Shown here in pieces: positions 10,095 through 20,976 of a stretch of 64,000 bases of DNA (position 1 is the stretch's first letter; every line of letters starts with the position of its first letter). The notes beneath the pieces were generated by a model that did no database searches, was not told the DNA's origin, and saw only the letters and a program-made list of their open reading frames with translations. This DNA comes from an uncultured Pseudomonadales bacterium (GTDB lineage Bacteria > Pseudomonadota > Gammaproteobacteria > Pseudomonadales > Azotimanducaceae): contig CAZWMD010000009.1 in NCBI GenBank assembly GCA_964634815.1, positions 45,549 to 109,548 on the forward strand. The letters run 5' to 3'. The translations under genes and the position numbers were made by a program.

Positions 10095-13000
10095 CGCTTA
10101 AGCCAAGGCCAAACAGTCCTCGGTGGGGAGGCAAGTGACATGTCATCCCCGTTTAAACTCAGGTTTGGGTTGTAAAAAGGGTCCTGTTCCAGGGCATCAC
10201 CCCAACGACGCTGCATGTAATGCACTTCTTTCTCAAATCGCTGAAACTTGTCGTCATCCATATCGGAGCCGCGACTGGCTGATTCCATATGAAATAATGT
10301 CGCATGCGGCGTCCACAAATTACGATAACCAGCCTCCCTTAGCCTCAGACAAAAGTCGACATCATTAAAAGCAACGGCCAGGTTTGTTTCATCCAAACCA
10401 CCTAGTTCCTCATAGACTGAGCGCTTAACAACCAGGCACGCACCTGTTGACCCCGAAAGTTCCTGGCAAAGCTGCAGCCGGCCGAAGTAGCCTGGGTGAG
10501 CCACATCAACGTTTCTATGAAGATGATTTGCCACGCCCATAACACCAAGCACAACCCCACCATGTTGAACACTGCGATCGGCATAAAGCAGACGGGCACC
10601 CACACTACCCACGCCTTCCCGGACAGCCAGAGCCATCATCTCACTTAACCAGTCGTCTTCTATCATTTGGATGTCGTCGTTTAACAAACAAAGATATTCA
10701 GATTCAACATGATCTACCGCAAAGTTGTTGATCGCTGAATAGTTGAACGGCTTGTCGTAGCGCAGCACCCGAACATTCGCTTCCTTTTCAAGGGACTCAA
10801 GCAACGCAAGAGCAGCTTCATCACGACTGCCGTTATCGATAACGACCACTTTTACATTTTCATAACTGGTTTGATTCAGCAATCCAGCCATACAGTCACC
10901 GAGCAGTTGCGCGTTATCGCGAGTAGGCACGATAACGGAAACTTCTGGCCGCTTTTTAGGTAGAGGCCAGCGAACACGTAAATACCCGCCTACTCCAGCA
11001 GGTTCTACGACAACGCCAGCTTCGTCTTGCAGATGCTCCTGCACCGCACGCACACCTGCAGCCACTGCTCGATCCAGGTGGTCAGTAGAAAAAGAACCCG
11101 AGCCACTAAAGACTCGCCAGTGATAAAGAATATGGGGAATATGAGCGATGCGATTGGGCTGAGAGTACTTCACTACCCGTAACGCAAGATCGTGATCCTG
11201 ACTTCCGTCAAGATCACATCTCAGGCCACCAAGCTTCTTTATGAGTTCTGCACGATAAACCCCAAGATGGCTGATGCAATTCTGGCCCAATAACAGTTCG
11301 TAGTTAAAACTCGACTTAAAGTAGGGTTCGTATCGGACACCATGCTCATCAATCTTGTCTTCGTCGCTGAATAGCAAATCAAGCTCCGGGTTCTGATTGA
11401 GCTCATTCACCACCATATAAAGCGCTCGAGCAGACAGAACGTCATCGTGATCAAGCAGTGCAACAAACTCACCCTCAACCATCTCCAGAGCACTATTGGT
11501 ACAGTTAGCTATTCCACCCTGCTCGTCCCGAAAAACATAACGCACTCGGGCATCGCGTTTTGCATACTCCTTAATAAGACGGCGTGGCTCATCTTGAGGT
11601 GAGTGATCGTCGGCAATACACAGCTCCCAGTTGTCATAAGTCTGGGCTAAAACTGAATCAATACAGGCCTGCAGGTACTCAGGAGATGTGTTGTAGACCG
11701 GCAACACAACCGACACCAACGGCTGATACTTGAAGCCTTGGTGATGACGACGCATGGCGTCAAGATCAGCCTGTGAGAACGTATCGTACTTCGCTATCCA
11801 TTCTATGTAACTTTCGCCAGTGGCGTGCGACAGCCCAAGCCTCTTGGCGGCAGCTGTCTGGTTTCGCAATCGTTTAACGCTGTCAATCAGTCCTCGCTGT
11901 TTCAACCCGGCAATAGCACGACGCCGCCCATCTGGTGAACGCAAAGCCCGGATAACCGAGCCGGTGGCGCTGGATGACTGACCAAGACGGCGCAAGAGTG
12001 GATTTTTTCCAGCCTGCAGCCCACGGCCGATAAGTCGAAGTGGCGCCGAAAACCGCCAGGAAGTACTGGCTTCCATTTGCCGGATATGATCAGTTAGCTT
12101 CAATGCCAGAGTTTCGTTGTGAACACTTTGTTGACTGGTATCGGCGAGACTCTGTTGTACGTCTGTTAGCAAGTTACGGACTTCAGACAGCTCTTGTCGC
12201 AGAGCTGCTTCGCGGGCTTCTATCTGCGCCAGTTGCTCTTCTCTCTGCGCTAATTGACTCTCACTCTGGGCCAGTTGCTCCTCGTGCTGTGCATTGCTTT
12301 CTCCAAGCAACAACACGTCTCTTTCCAATTCAACGCGCTCTTGATTCAAACGCTGAGTGGTTTGTACCGCTTCATGACGTTGCGCATCAATACGACTGAG
12401 CTCACTGCGTAAACCCAGAATATCTGATGCTTGCCGCGCTTCTCGATGCAGCGGTAGAGACATGCTATTGAATTTCTCTCGAACCTGACGCTCCTGCGCG
12501 GGCGACAGCTGGGTGAGCCATTCGATGGCCTTGCTCTGAGATGCACCAACGCCAAGCACCCCAAGGCCATGACCATGCTCGAACGCAAAAGACGGATATT
12601 GAGTAGAAATCTCGCGCCAAAATTCTTGTACGCCGAAGTCACGTTCATACACGTTAATGTCATGAAAAAGCACTACCGCTCTGTCACTGAGCTTGGGTAG
12701 CCAAGTTTCGAAATCATGGCTCACCGCATCAAGCGTATGTAACCCGTCGATATGTAACAGATCGATACTGCCATCCGCAAACTTGCCGACTGCATTGTCA
12801 AAGGTTGTTCGCACCAAATCAGAAAACGCCGCATAGCGTTGATCATGATATTCTTTCAGCTCGATGTAGGTTTCGCTCGGATAGTCTCCGGTATGCGAGT
12901 CACCGTCCCAGGTATCTATGGCATGTGCACGAGTAGGCAGCTCGAGATGTTTGATCGCCTGACAAAATGCACAGTAGGAAACTCCGCCGTGGGTGCCAAG

Positions 13001-13129
13001 CTCAACCAGGCTGTCCGGTGCTACCGCGTCAATAATCCAGAAAGCAAAAGGCAAATGACCAATCCACGCACTTGAAATATCAATGCGCTCGGGGTGCAAG
13101 GTCATGATCGGGCGATTTAGTTTCTGCAT
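10091..13129 (-). CDS. multidomain enzyme: class I SAM methyltransferase-like domain, coiled coil, then two family-2 glycosyltransferase domains
   Basis: The N-terminal region (LVELGTHGGVSYCAF...IDLLHIDGLHTLDAVSHDFETWLPKLSDRAVVLFHDI) looks like a Methyltransf_24/CmcI-type fold. Residues about 240-350 form a heptad-like coiled coil (EEQLAQSESQLAQREEQLAQIEAREAALRQEL). The first GT2 signature is VSVVLPVYNTSPEYLQACIDSVLAQTYDNWELCIADDHS. The second is VSVIVPTRDNAQLLGDCMAGLLNQTSYENVKVVVIDNGS, with LLNDD further on. Confidence 0.8.
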   Translation of the reverse strand: MQKLNRPIMTLHPERIDISSAWIGHLPFAFWIIDAVAPDSLVELGTHGGVSYCAFCQAIKHLELPTRAHAIDTWDGDSHTGDYPSETYIELKEYHDQRYAAFSDLVRTTFDNAVGKFADGSIDLLHIDGLHTLDAVSHDFETWLPKLSDRAVVLFHDINVYERDFGVQEFWREISTQYPSFAFEHGHGLGVLGVGASQSKAIEWLTQLSPAQERQVREKFNSMSLPLHREARQASDILGLRSELSRIDAQRHEAVQTTQRLNQERVELERDVLLLGESNAQHEEQLAQSESQLAQREEQLAQIEAREAALRQELSEVRNLLTDVQQSLADTSQQSVHNETLALKLTDHIRQMEASTSWRFSAPLRLIGRGLQAGKNPLLRRLGQSSSATGSVIRALRSPDGRRRAIAGLKQRGLIDSVKRLRNQTAAAKRLGLSHATGESYIEWIAKYDTFSQADLDAMRRHHQGFKYQPLVSVVLPVYNTSPEYLQACIDSVLAQTYDNWELCIADDHSPQDEPRRLIKEYAKRDARVRYVFRDEQGGIANCTNSALEMVEGEFVALLDHDDVLSARALYMVVNELNQNPELDLLFSDEDKIDEHGVRYEPYFKSSFNYELLLGQNCISHLGVYRAELIKKLGGLRCDLDGSQDHDLALRVVKYSQPNRIAHIPHILYHWRVFSGSGSFSTDHLDRAVAAGVRAVQEHLQDEAGVVVEPAGVGGYLRVRWPLPKKRPEVSVIVPTRDNAQLLGDCMAGLLNQTSYENVKVVVIDNGSRDEAALALLESLEKEANVRVLRYDKPFNYSAINNFAVDHVESEYLCLLNDDIQMIEDDWLSEMMALAVREGVGSVGARLLYADRSVQHGGVVLGVMGVANHLHRNVDVAHPGYFGRLQLCQELSGSTGACLVVKRSVYEELGGLDETNLAVAFNDVDFCLRLREAGYRNLWTPHATLFHMESASRGSDMDDDKFQRFEKEVHYMQRRWGDALEQDPFYNPNLSLNGDDMSLASPPRTVWPWLKR

Positions 13130-13282
13130 CTTCTACATCAGAGCTCTTGAAATTCGAAACCTGTTTTCCGGGCCATATCCTGATAAACCAGCACAGTGTA
13201 CAGATCGTTCGAGATGAATCTATCCTCAGACGCAGCCAGGGTTAAATCGGCCAAGGTTAGCCACCTCATTTAGGCCGCTCCT

Positions 13283-15391
13283 TCAACTCGATGGCACACG
13301 ATAATTCAAATCACGAGCGTAGGGTGGCAGCGAATCCAGCAAGGTTCTGCCGTAGCGCTTCGTTACGAGCCGCTTGTCGAGGCAGGTAATCAGTCCGTGA
13401 TCGCCTTCGTGTCTAATCAGACGACCACAGGATTGCACCAGTCTGATGATAGCGTCGGGTACTGAGATATCCATAAACGCGTTGCGCCCCTGCGACTCTA
13501 CCCATTCCGCCAATGCTTGATCCAACGGATCATCTGGCACAGAGAAAGGCAGCTTCACCAGGATGACATGGCGACAATAATCGTCAGGCAAATCCACCCC
13601 TTCTGCAAAACTTGCGACTCCAGCCAGGTAAGCAGCTTCTCCAGCGTCCACACTAGCCCGGTGTTCGTTCATGAGTTTCTGTTTACTTCCTGATCCCTGC
13701 CAGCGGATAGAATCAGACAAATCCATCGGTAACAAAGCCCGAACTTCCTTCAACTGGCGCCAGGACGTGAAAAGAATCAGCGCGCTGGTCCGTTCTGCAA
13801 GCAAACCAGGCAAGAGCTGGGCTACCTCCGCAGAATGCCCTGCAAAATCCCTGGGTTCCGTCTGCATTTCAGGAACTCGAAATGCAGCAATCCGGGCGTA
13901 GTCAAAAGGACTTGGTATACGTTGCGCCGCACAGCCCTCGGGCAGCCCTGCCCGCTCGAGAAAGCTATCGAAGTCTCCGGCGGCGGTTAAGGTGGCCGAA
14001 GTACAGATCGCTGCTTCAGCAACGTTCCACAGGGCATCCATCAACAAATCTCCGGGCAACAGCGGAGCGCTGATGAGCTCATAGTCTTCGAACTGTTGAT
14101 TAACCCAGCGAGCCCGTTCGGGGGCAGATTTATCCGCCCCATCGAGAGTCACCGGTTTAGCGTAGTCATGCATTAGACCAACAATAGATTCTGCTCTTGC
14201 CTGAAACTGTCCAACAGCACCTAACCAGTCTTCCGCCTCGAAGGCGTTGCTCCATTGACGATCCCCATCGAGCACTTCCTGCAGCATGTCTCGAACAGTT
14301 TCCAGCGCGGATTCTATCGACTCGGCACCCGGTATCGCAGCCCCGGCCGCGGAGACGATATTCTCTGGCACTTCGCCATACACAAATCGATAAGTGAGTA
14401 GCTCATCATCCCGCGCGTCAAAGGGCAGCTCGGCAATGAGATCTGACAGGGCATGCAGAACCTCTGAGAACAGCGTGCAATCCGCAGCCAGGTTTTGCGC
14501 CACACTTTCAAGCTCTCGGGGGCGGCCAAATCGCTGAGTTAGCGTTGCAACGCCGGAGGCTACGGTATCAAGCCACTGCAACGCACTACGAAGCCTGGCG
14601 CGGTGGGTGAAATGTTGCTGCGTCTTGCCCGGCAAATGATGAGCTTCATCGATGATGTAGATACAGTCTTCCGGGTCGGGCAATACCGCTCCCCCGCCGA
14701 GGCTCAGATCTGCCAACAACAGATCATGGTTGACCACAATGACATCTGCCCCTTCCAATTCGCCTCTGGATCGAAAGAACGGACACTGCTTGAAGTAGCT
14801 ACAACGATTGTTGCTACAGCCCCGATGATCAGTGGTCACACCACGCCACAGCTCCGGCTCTATGCCGTCTTCCCAGGAATCCACTTCCCCGTCCCAGTGA
14901 CCCGCGCCAAACTCGCTAAGCATCCGCTCGTAGAGTGCTCGGCCCTCCGCGTCTACTGACTCCAGGGTGGGAATCAGCTGTTGCTGAGCATCTCCCTGCA
15001 GATTGTCATCGAGCCGTTTAAGGCAGACATAACGCTGACGCCCTTTGGCCAGAGCAAAACTGAACCGAATACCCGCATTGTTTTGAAGATCAGGCAAATC
15101 CCGCAAGATCACCTGTTCCTGCAATGCCACAGTTGCGGTGGAGATAACCACTCGCTTACCCGTGGCCTTGCCGATGGGGATGGCGGCCAGCGCATAGGCC
15201 GCCGTCTTACCTGTGCCCGTGCCCGCCTCAATGGCAGCAACTCTGGGTCTTGCCCCCGAAAGTGTTCGAGCCACCAGCGCGATCATCTCCCGCTGGCCCC
15301 GTCGGCTCTTGAAATCTCGAGCTCCCAGCCAGTTACGATAACCTTGCTGGATTTCTGTTTTCACCTCATCGCTAAGCGTACTGACTGACAT
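13283..15391 (-). CDS. dinG: ATP-dependent DNA helicase DinG (XPD/Rad3-like, Fe-S)
   Basis: Walker A is EAGTGTGKTAAY and the DEAH box is IIDEAHHL. A Cys cluster (YVCLKRL...HRGCSNNRCSYFKQCPFF) is present. The N-terminus is colinear with E. coli DinG (RRGQREMIALVARTL). Confidence 0.8.
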   Translation of the reverse strand: MSVSTLSDEVKTEIQQGYRNWLGARDFKSRRGQREMIALVARTLSGARPRVAAIEAGTGTGKTAAYALAAIPIGKATGKRVVISTATVALQEQVILRDLPDLQNNAGIRFSFALAKGRQRYVCLKRLDDNLQGDAQQQLIPTLESVDAEGRALYERMLSEFGAGHWDGEVDSWEDGIEPELWRGVTTDHRGCSNNRCSYFKQCPFFRSRGELEGADVIVVNHDLLLADLSLGGGAVLPDPEDCIYIIDEAHHLPGKTQQHFTHRARLRSALQWLDTVASGVATLTQRFGRPRELESVAQNLAADCTLFSEVLHALSDLIAELPFDARDDELLTYRFVYGEVPENIVSAAGAAIPGAESIESALETVRDMLQEVLDGDRQWSNAFEAEDWLGAVGQFQARAESIVGLMHDYAKPVTLDGADKSAPERARWVNQQFEDYELISAPLLPGDLLMDALWNVAEAAICTSATLTAAGDFDSFLERAGLPEGCAAQRIPSPFDYARIAAFRVPEMQTEPRDFAGHSAEVAQLLPGLLAERTSALILFTSWRQLKEVRALLPMDLSDSIRWQGSGSKQKLMNEHRASVDAGEAAYLAGVASFAEGVDLPDDYCRHVILVKLPFSVPDDPLDQALAEWVESQGRNAFMDISVPDAIIRLVQSCGRLIRHEGDHGLITCLDKRLVTKRYGRTLLDSLPPYARDLNYRVPSS

Positions 15392-15525
15392 GTGATGGCG
15401 GCAGAATTCCTGAAGATCGGGTCGCTAAAAAGCGCTGGGGCGACTTTCTGGCGATGCAGTATTCAAAGTGACGTTACAATGGCGCAGTTTAGACGATCCG
15501 CCTATGTCGCAGTAGAGGACAAACC

Positions 15526-16677
15526 ATGCTCAAAATACAGAAACCTAATGTTGCGGTCCTGACTGGACTGCTGGCCTGCATCGCCGGCATCGCCTCCCCG
15601 GCCACCCTGGCGGTGAAACCCGACGTCACCAGGCTGGCACTTCCACCTGGTTTTAGCATTGAGGTGGTGACCAGCGAGGTACCCAATGCAAGGCAAATGG
15701 CGCTGTCGGAAAATGGCGTGCTGTACGTCGGTAGCCGCCGGGCCGGCAACGTCTATGCGGTGACTAACTGGCAGTCGACTCCACCTGAAGCAATCAAGGT
15801 CCAAACCATTGCCTCTGGACTGAAGATGCCCAGCGGACTGGTATGGCACAACAACAATCTTTACGTAGGCGCGCTGAATCAAATACTGAGCTTTGAGAAC
15901 ATCGATGAACACCTGGCATCGCCGATTGTTCCCAAAATCATCACCGACACACTACCCGACAAAGAGCATCATGGCTGGAAGTATCTGGCGATCGGACCAG
16001 ACGGAGATTTGTTTGTACCGGTAGGTGCCCCTTGCAATATCTGCAAGTCAAAAGACCCCAGGTTCGCCTCCATCTTAAAAATGAATCTGAAAACAGGTGC
16101 CGCCAGTCTCTATGCTGAGGGGGTAAGAAATACGGTGGGTATGGCCACACACCCAGACACCAAAGTGCTGTACTTCACCGACAATGGTCGCGACAGGCTA
16201 GGTGATGACGTACCGGCAGAAGAGATTAATCGCGTAACAACTCCTGGGCGACACTACGGTTACCCCTACGTGCACGCTGGCGATATTCAAGATCCAAAGT
16301 TTGGCGACGGTCACAAAGGAGAAGACTACGAGCCACCACTGCTGAAGATTCAGGCACACTCGGCGGCGCTGGGTATCGATTTCTATACCGCAGAACATGC
16401 GGGGCGAACGTTTCCTGAACGCTACAAAAACGCATTGTTTATCGCCGAACACGGCTCGTGGAATCGGACGGAAAAGGTCGGTTATCGGGTGAGCGTCATG
16501 TTCGAGACCAGCGAGGGGCCGCAATACGCGCCGTTCATTACTGGCTGGCTCGAAGGCCAGGCCAATTGGGGCAGACCTAACGACGTATTAGTGACGCCAA
16601 AAGGCAATTTGCTAATCTCCGACGATCAGACCGGCAGCATCTATCGCGTGAGTTATACCTCTTTAGATAAGTTCTAG
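15526..16677 (+). CDS. PQQ-dependent sugar (sorbosone/aldose) dehydrogenase family, secreted
   Basis: A signal peptide is followed by beta-propeller-type motifs typical of the soluble glucose/sorbosone dehydrogenase family, including HHGWKYLAIGPDGDLFVPVGAPCN, RNTVGMATHPDTKVLYFTDNGRD, GRHYGYPY and IAEHGSWNR. Confidence 0.7.
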   Translation: MLKIQKPNVAVLTGLLACIAGIASPATLAVKPDVTRLALPPGFSIEVVTSEVPNARQMALSENGVLYVGSRRAGNVYAVTNWQSTPPEAIKVQTIASGLKMPSGLVWHNNNLYVGALNQILSFENIDEHLASPIVPKIITDTLPDKEHHGWKYLAIGPDGDLFVPVGAPCNICKSKDPRFASILKMNLKTGAASLYAEGVRNTVGMATHPDTKVLYFTDNGRDRLGDDVPAEEINRVTTPGRHYGYPYVHAGDIQDPKFGDGHKGEDYEPPLLKIQAHSAALGIDFYTAEHAGRTFPERYKNALFIAEHGSWNRTEKVGYRVSVMFETSEGPQYAPFITGWLEGQANWGRPNDVLVTPKGNLLISDDQTGSIYRVSYTSLDKF

Positions 16678-16682
16678 CTGCT

Positions 16683-16712
16683 GGAGTTCTAAAAGAGCCG
16701 GAGTTCTAAAAG
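16683..16712. repeat. 17-bp-period tandem duplication (GGAGTTCTAAAAG x2) spanning the stop codon of the SLT-like gene
   Basis: GGAGTTCTAAAAG occurs at 16683-16695 and again at 16700-16712. The second copy contains the CTA (minus-strand TAG) stop at 16706-16708. Confidence 0.7.
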
Positions 16713-17341
16713 AACAAAAAACGTTTTTTGCGCTCAAGCCTTTTTCGACATCCGTTGAGCTGAGTCTGGTACTGGGTTGCGCGAGCCGCTACGGTACGAG
16801 CATAACGTTGTACCTGTGGTTTCCTACGATAACTGCCTCGAGCGTAGCCTCCCTGCCCCTCGTGATAGGCCAGATAGAGTTGCTCAGCGTTGCTCTTGGC
16901 GATCCCCAGTTTCTTGTGTGACACCGTGTTGTACCAGCCAATGAAATCAACCGCATCAGAGAACTTGTTTCTATCCGCAAGCACACTACGGGTAGCACGC
17001 TTGTAGGTATCCCAAGTGCCATTTGTGGCTTGAGCATAGCCATAAGCGCTTGAAGGCCGTTTCCAGGGAACAACGCCCAAGAGTTTTTTCCTCGGCGGTC
17101 GAGCGCGCGAATCGAAACTTGATTCGCGCTGCACAAACGCCATTTGCACTGCAATCGGTACGCCCCACCGACGCTCGCTTTTTGCTGCTGCCTTAAACCA
17201 TTTGGGATGTTCCTGAAATATCGAGCAGAGATTATCCTGACGTGCTGGTGGTTGGCTTGCACAGCCTTTCACAAACAGCAACACCATCACTGCACTAAAG
17301 ATCAGTCCACAACGTAAAAGTACTTTCTGTCGCTTACACAT
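16706..17341 (-). CDS. lytic transglycosylase-like (SLT domain 2) lipoprotein
   Basis: The N-terminus has a lipobox (LLFVKGCAS). The product also contains QMAFVQRESSFD and YGYAQATNGTWDTYKR, which are typical of the small transglycosylase-like lipoprotein family. Confidence 0.6.
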   Translation of the reverse strand: MCKRQKVLLRCGLIFSAVMVLLFVKGCASQPPARQDNLCSIFQEHPKWFKAAAKSERRWGVPIAVQMAFVQRESSFDSRARPPRKKLLGVVPWKRPSSAYGYAQATNGTWDTYKRATRSVLADRNKFSDAVDFIGWYNTVSHKKLGIAKSNAEQLYLAYHEGQGGYARGSYRRKPQVQRYARTVAARATQYQTQLNGCRKRLERKKRFLFF

Positions 17342-17344
17342 GAG

Positions 17345-19429
<2,085 letters not shown>

Positions 19430-20863
19430 TCACGCACGGCGCGACATGTTTCTGCGAGTGAACTCGGCAACTCTCTGCCGATAATGTTCGGTGCTTTGGC
19501 GAGTTAAACGATTAAACTGCTCATCGCATACCTCTGCATCGAGCTGCCGTGCCAACTTATCGGCTACCGTTAACATATCGGTAAACACCTTGGTGGCCTG
19601 ACCGGAACAGGGCAACTGCATAAACAAACACAAGCCTCGAAATTCCTCTCCGGGCATCGATTGAAGGTCAAAATAGCCAGGCTCGGTGACGCTGGCGATA
19701 CTGTACTGGCTAAGCTTGGTGACCGGATCGATGCGATGAAAGATATTCATGTCACCAAATTTGATTCCGTTGCGAAGGAACAATTCCAAGACATCACCAC
19801 CATGGAACGGACGTGATTTAGCAATCACATTAAGGACAACCAACTCTTCGGCTGGAGCCTGATTCACACTTGGTGTATTGCTGATTTGTTGCCTGCGCGG
19901 TTGATTGTCCTGACGATCATCTCGAACTGGCGTCATCTCCGGAAATTCAACAATAGGTTCGGGTGACAAACTGAGCTGCTCCTGCTCGGGCAGTGATTTG
20001 GCTGCCTCTTGCGCGGCAAGTTTTGCTTCGTGTTGCGCACGCGCTTTTGCGCGAGCTTTCTGACGCTTCTCCGCATCTATGCGGGCCTGTGCTTCACGCG
20101 CTTCGGTTTCGAGACGCTGCAAACGCTGCGCTTCGATCTTTGCCTGCAGTTCCGCTTCCTTTGCAGCCTGGAGTTTGATCCGCTCGCGCTCCATGGCCTC
20201 TTGCTTGATCCGCTCCTGCTCTACTCGAACTCGCTCAGCCTCAATCTCTTCAGGTAGCGGCGGTTCAAACTGTTTGCGTGGAGGAGTAGCCGCCTGGTCA
20301 GGTGTGATCTGCTTTTTGGGGGGCAACTGAGAAACTGGTGTGGGCTGGGCATCCGTTAATAGTGGTGCCGGCTCAACACCTGCGGCGGTGCGAGCCGCAC
20401 AGCGCTCCTCCAGCGCCTCCATTTCAAGATCAAGAGTGGCTTGTTCTGGCTGATAGCCCGCGTCAAAATCTCCCTCATCAATCTCTACTTCGGGTGCCAG
20501 GGTTTCTGAAGCACTGGCCACCGCATCGTCGAGTGCTATGAGTGCTTCTTCCAGCGGATCAATTGCCGCATTAGACTCGTTAGCAAAACCAAGATCATCA
20601 ACATCCGGCCAATCATCTGCCAGAGGCCTGCGCTCCTGAACCCGAAGTGCATCGTAACCAACTGTTGGTGTCACCCGAGCACCGCCGTTAGGCAATTCTC
20701 CGCTCAGCAGAACCATGTCATCCAGATCGCCCTCGGGCAGATCGGTTTCAATAGCCATGCGAACGTCGTTTTTCCTCGCCCGGTAGGCAGTCCAGAAGCC
20801 ATGGCAAATCACAGCCACGATCAACATCGTGCCGATTAGCAAAATCCAACTTTTTATATCCAA
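19430..20863 (-). CDS. zipA: cell division protein ZipA
   Basis: An N-terminal TM anchor (ILLIGTMLIVAVICHGFW) is followed by a long charged and P/Q-rich linker. The conserved C-terminal FtsZ-binding domain is present (VLNVIAKSRPFHGGDVLELFLRNGIKFGDMNIFHR). The gene sits between smc and ligA, as in many gammaproteobacteria. Confidence 0.85.
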   Translation of the reverse strand: MDIKSWILLIGTMLIVAVICHGFWTAYRARKNDVRMAIETDLPEGDLDDMVLLSGELPNGGARVTPTVGYDALRVQERRPLADDWPDVDDLGFANESNAAIDPLEEALIALDDAVASASETLAPEVEIDEGDFDAGYQPEQATLDLEMEALEERCAARTAAGVEPAPLLTDAQPTPVSQLPPKKQITPDQAATPPRKQFEPPLPEEIEAERVRVEQERIKQEAMERERIKLQAAKEAELQAKIEAQRLQRLETEAREAQARIDAEKRQKARAKARAQHEAKLAAQEAAKSLPEQEQLSLSPEPIVEFPEMTPVRDDRQDNQPRRQQISNTPSVNQAPAEELVVLNVIAKSRPFHGGDVLELFLRNGIKFGDMNIFHRIDPVTKLSQYSIASVTEPGYFDLQSMPGEEFRGLCLFMQLPCSGQATKVFTDMLTVADKLARQLDAEVCDEQFNRLTRQSTEHYRQRVAEFTRRNMSRRA

Positions 20864-20976
20864 TTCAACTCTCCTCAGACCCGGAGTGTAATGTCGTCTG
20901 TACAGCGAAAAAGCTGTCTGTCCAAGTCAATCCCGGAATAACGGCGCAACCCGCGCGTGCTCCGGCACTTGGCAAA

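Noticed and set aside
16716-16729. Perfect palindrome AAAAAACGTTTTTT between the convergent PQQ-dehydrogenase and SLT-like genes
   Set aside because: It lies inside the 3' coding end of the SLT-like gene (KKRFLFF). An almost pure A-T stem with no loop is not a credible intrinsic terminator.
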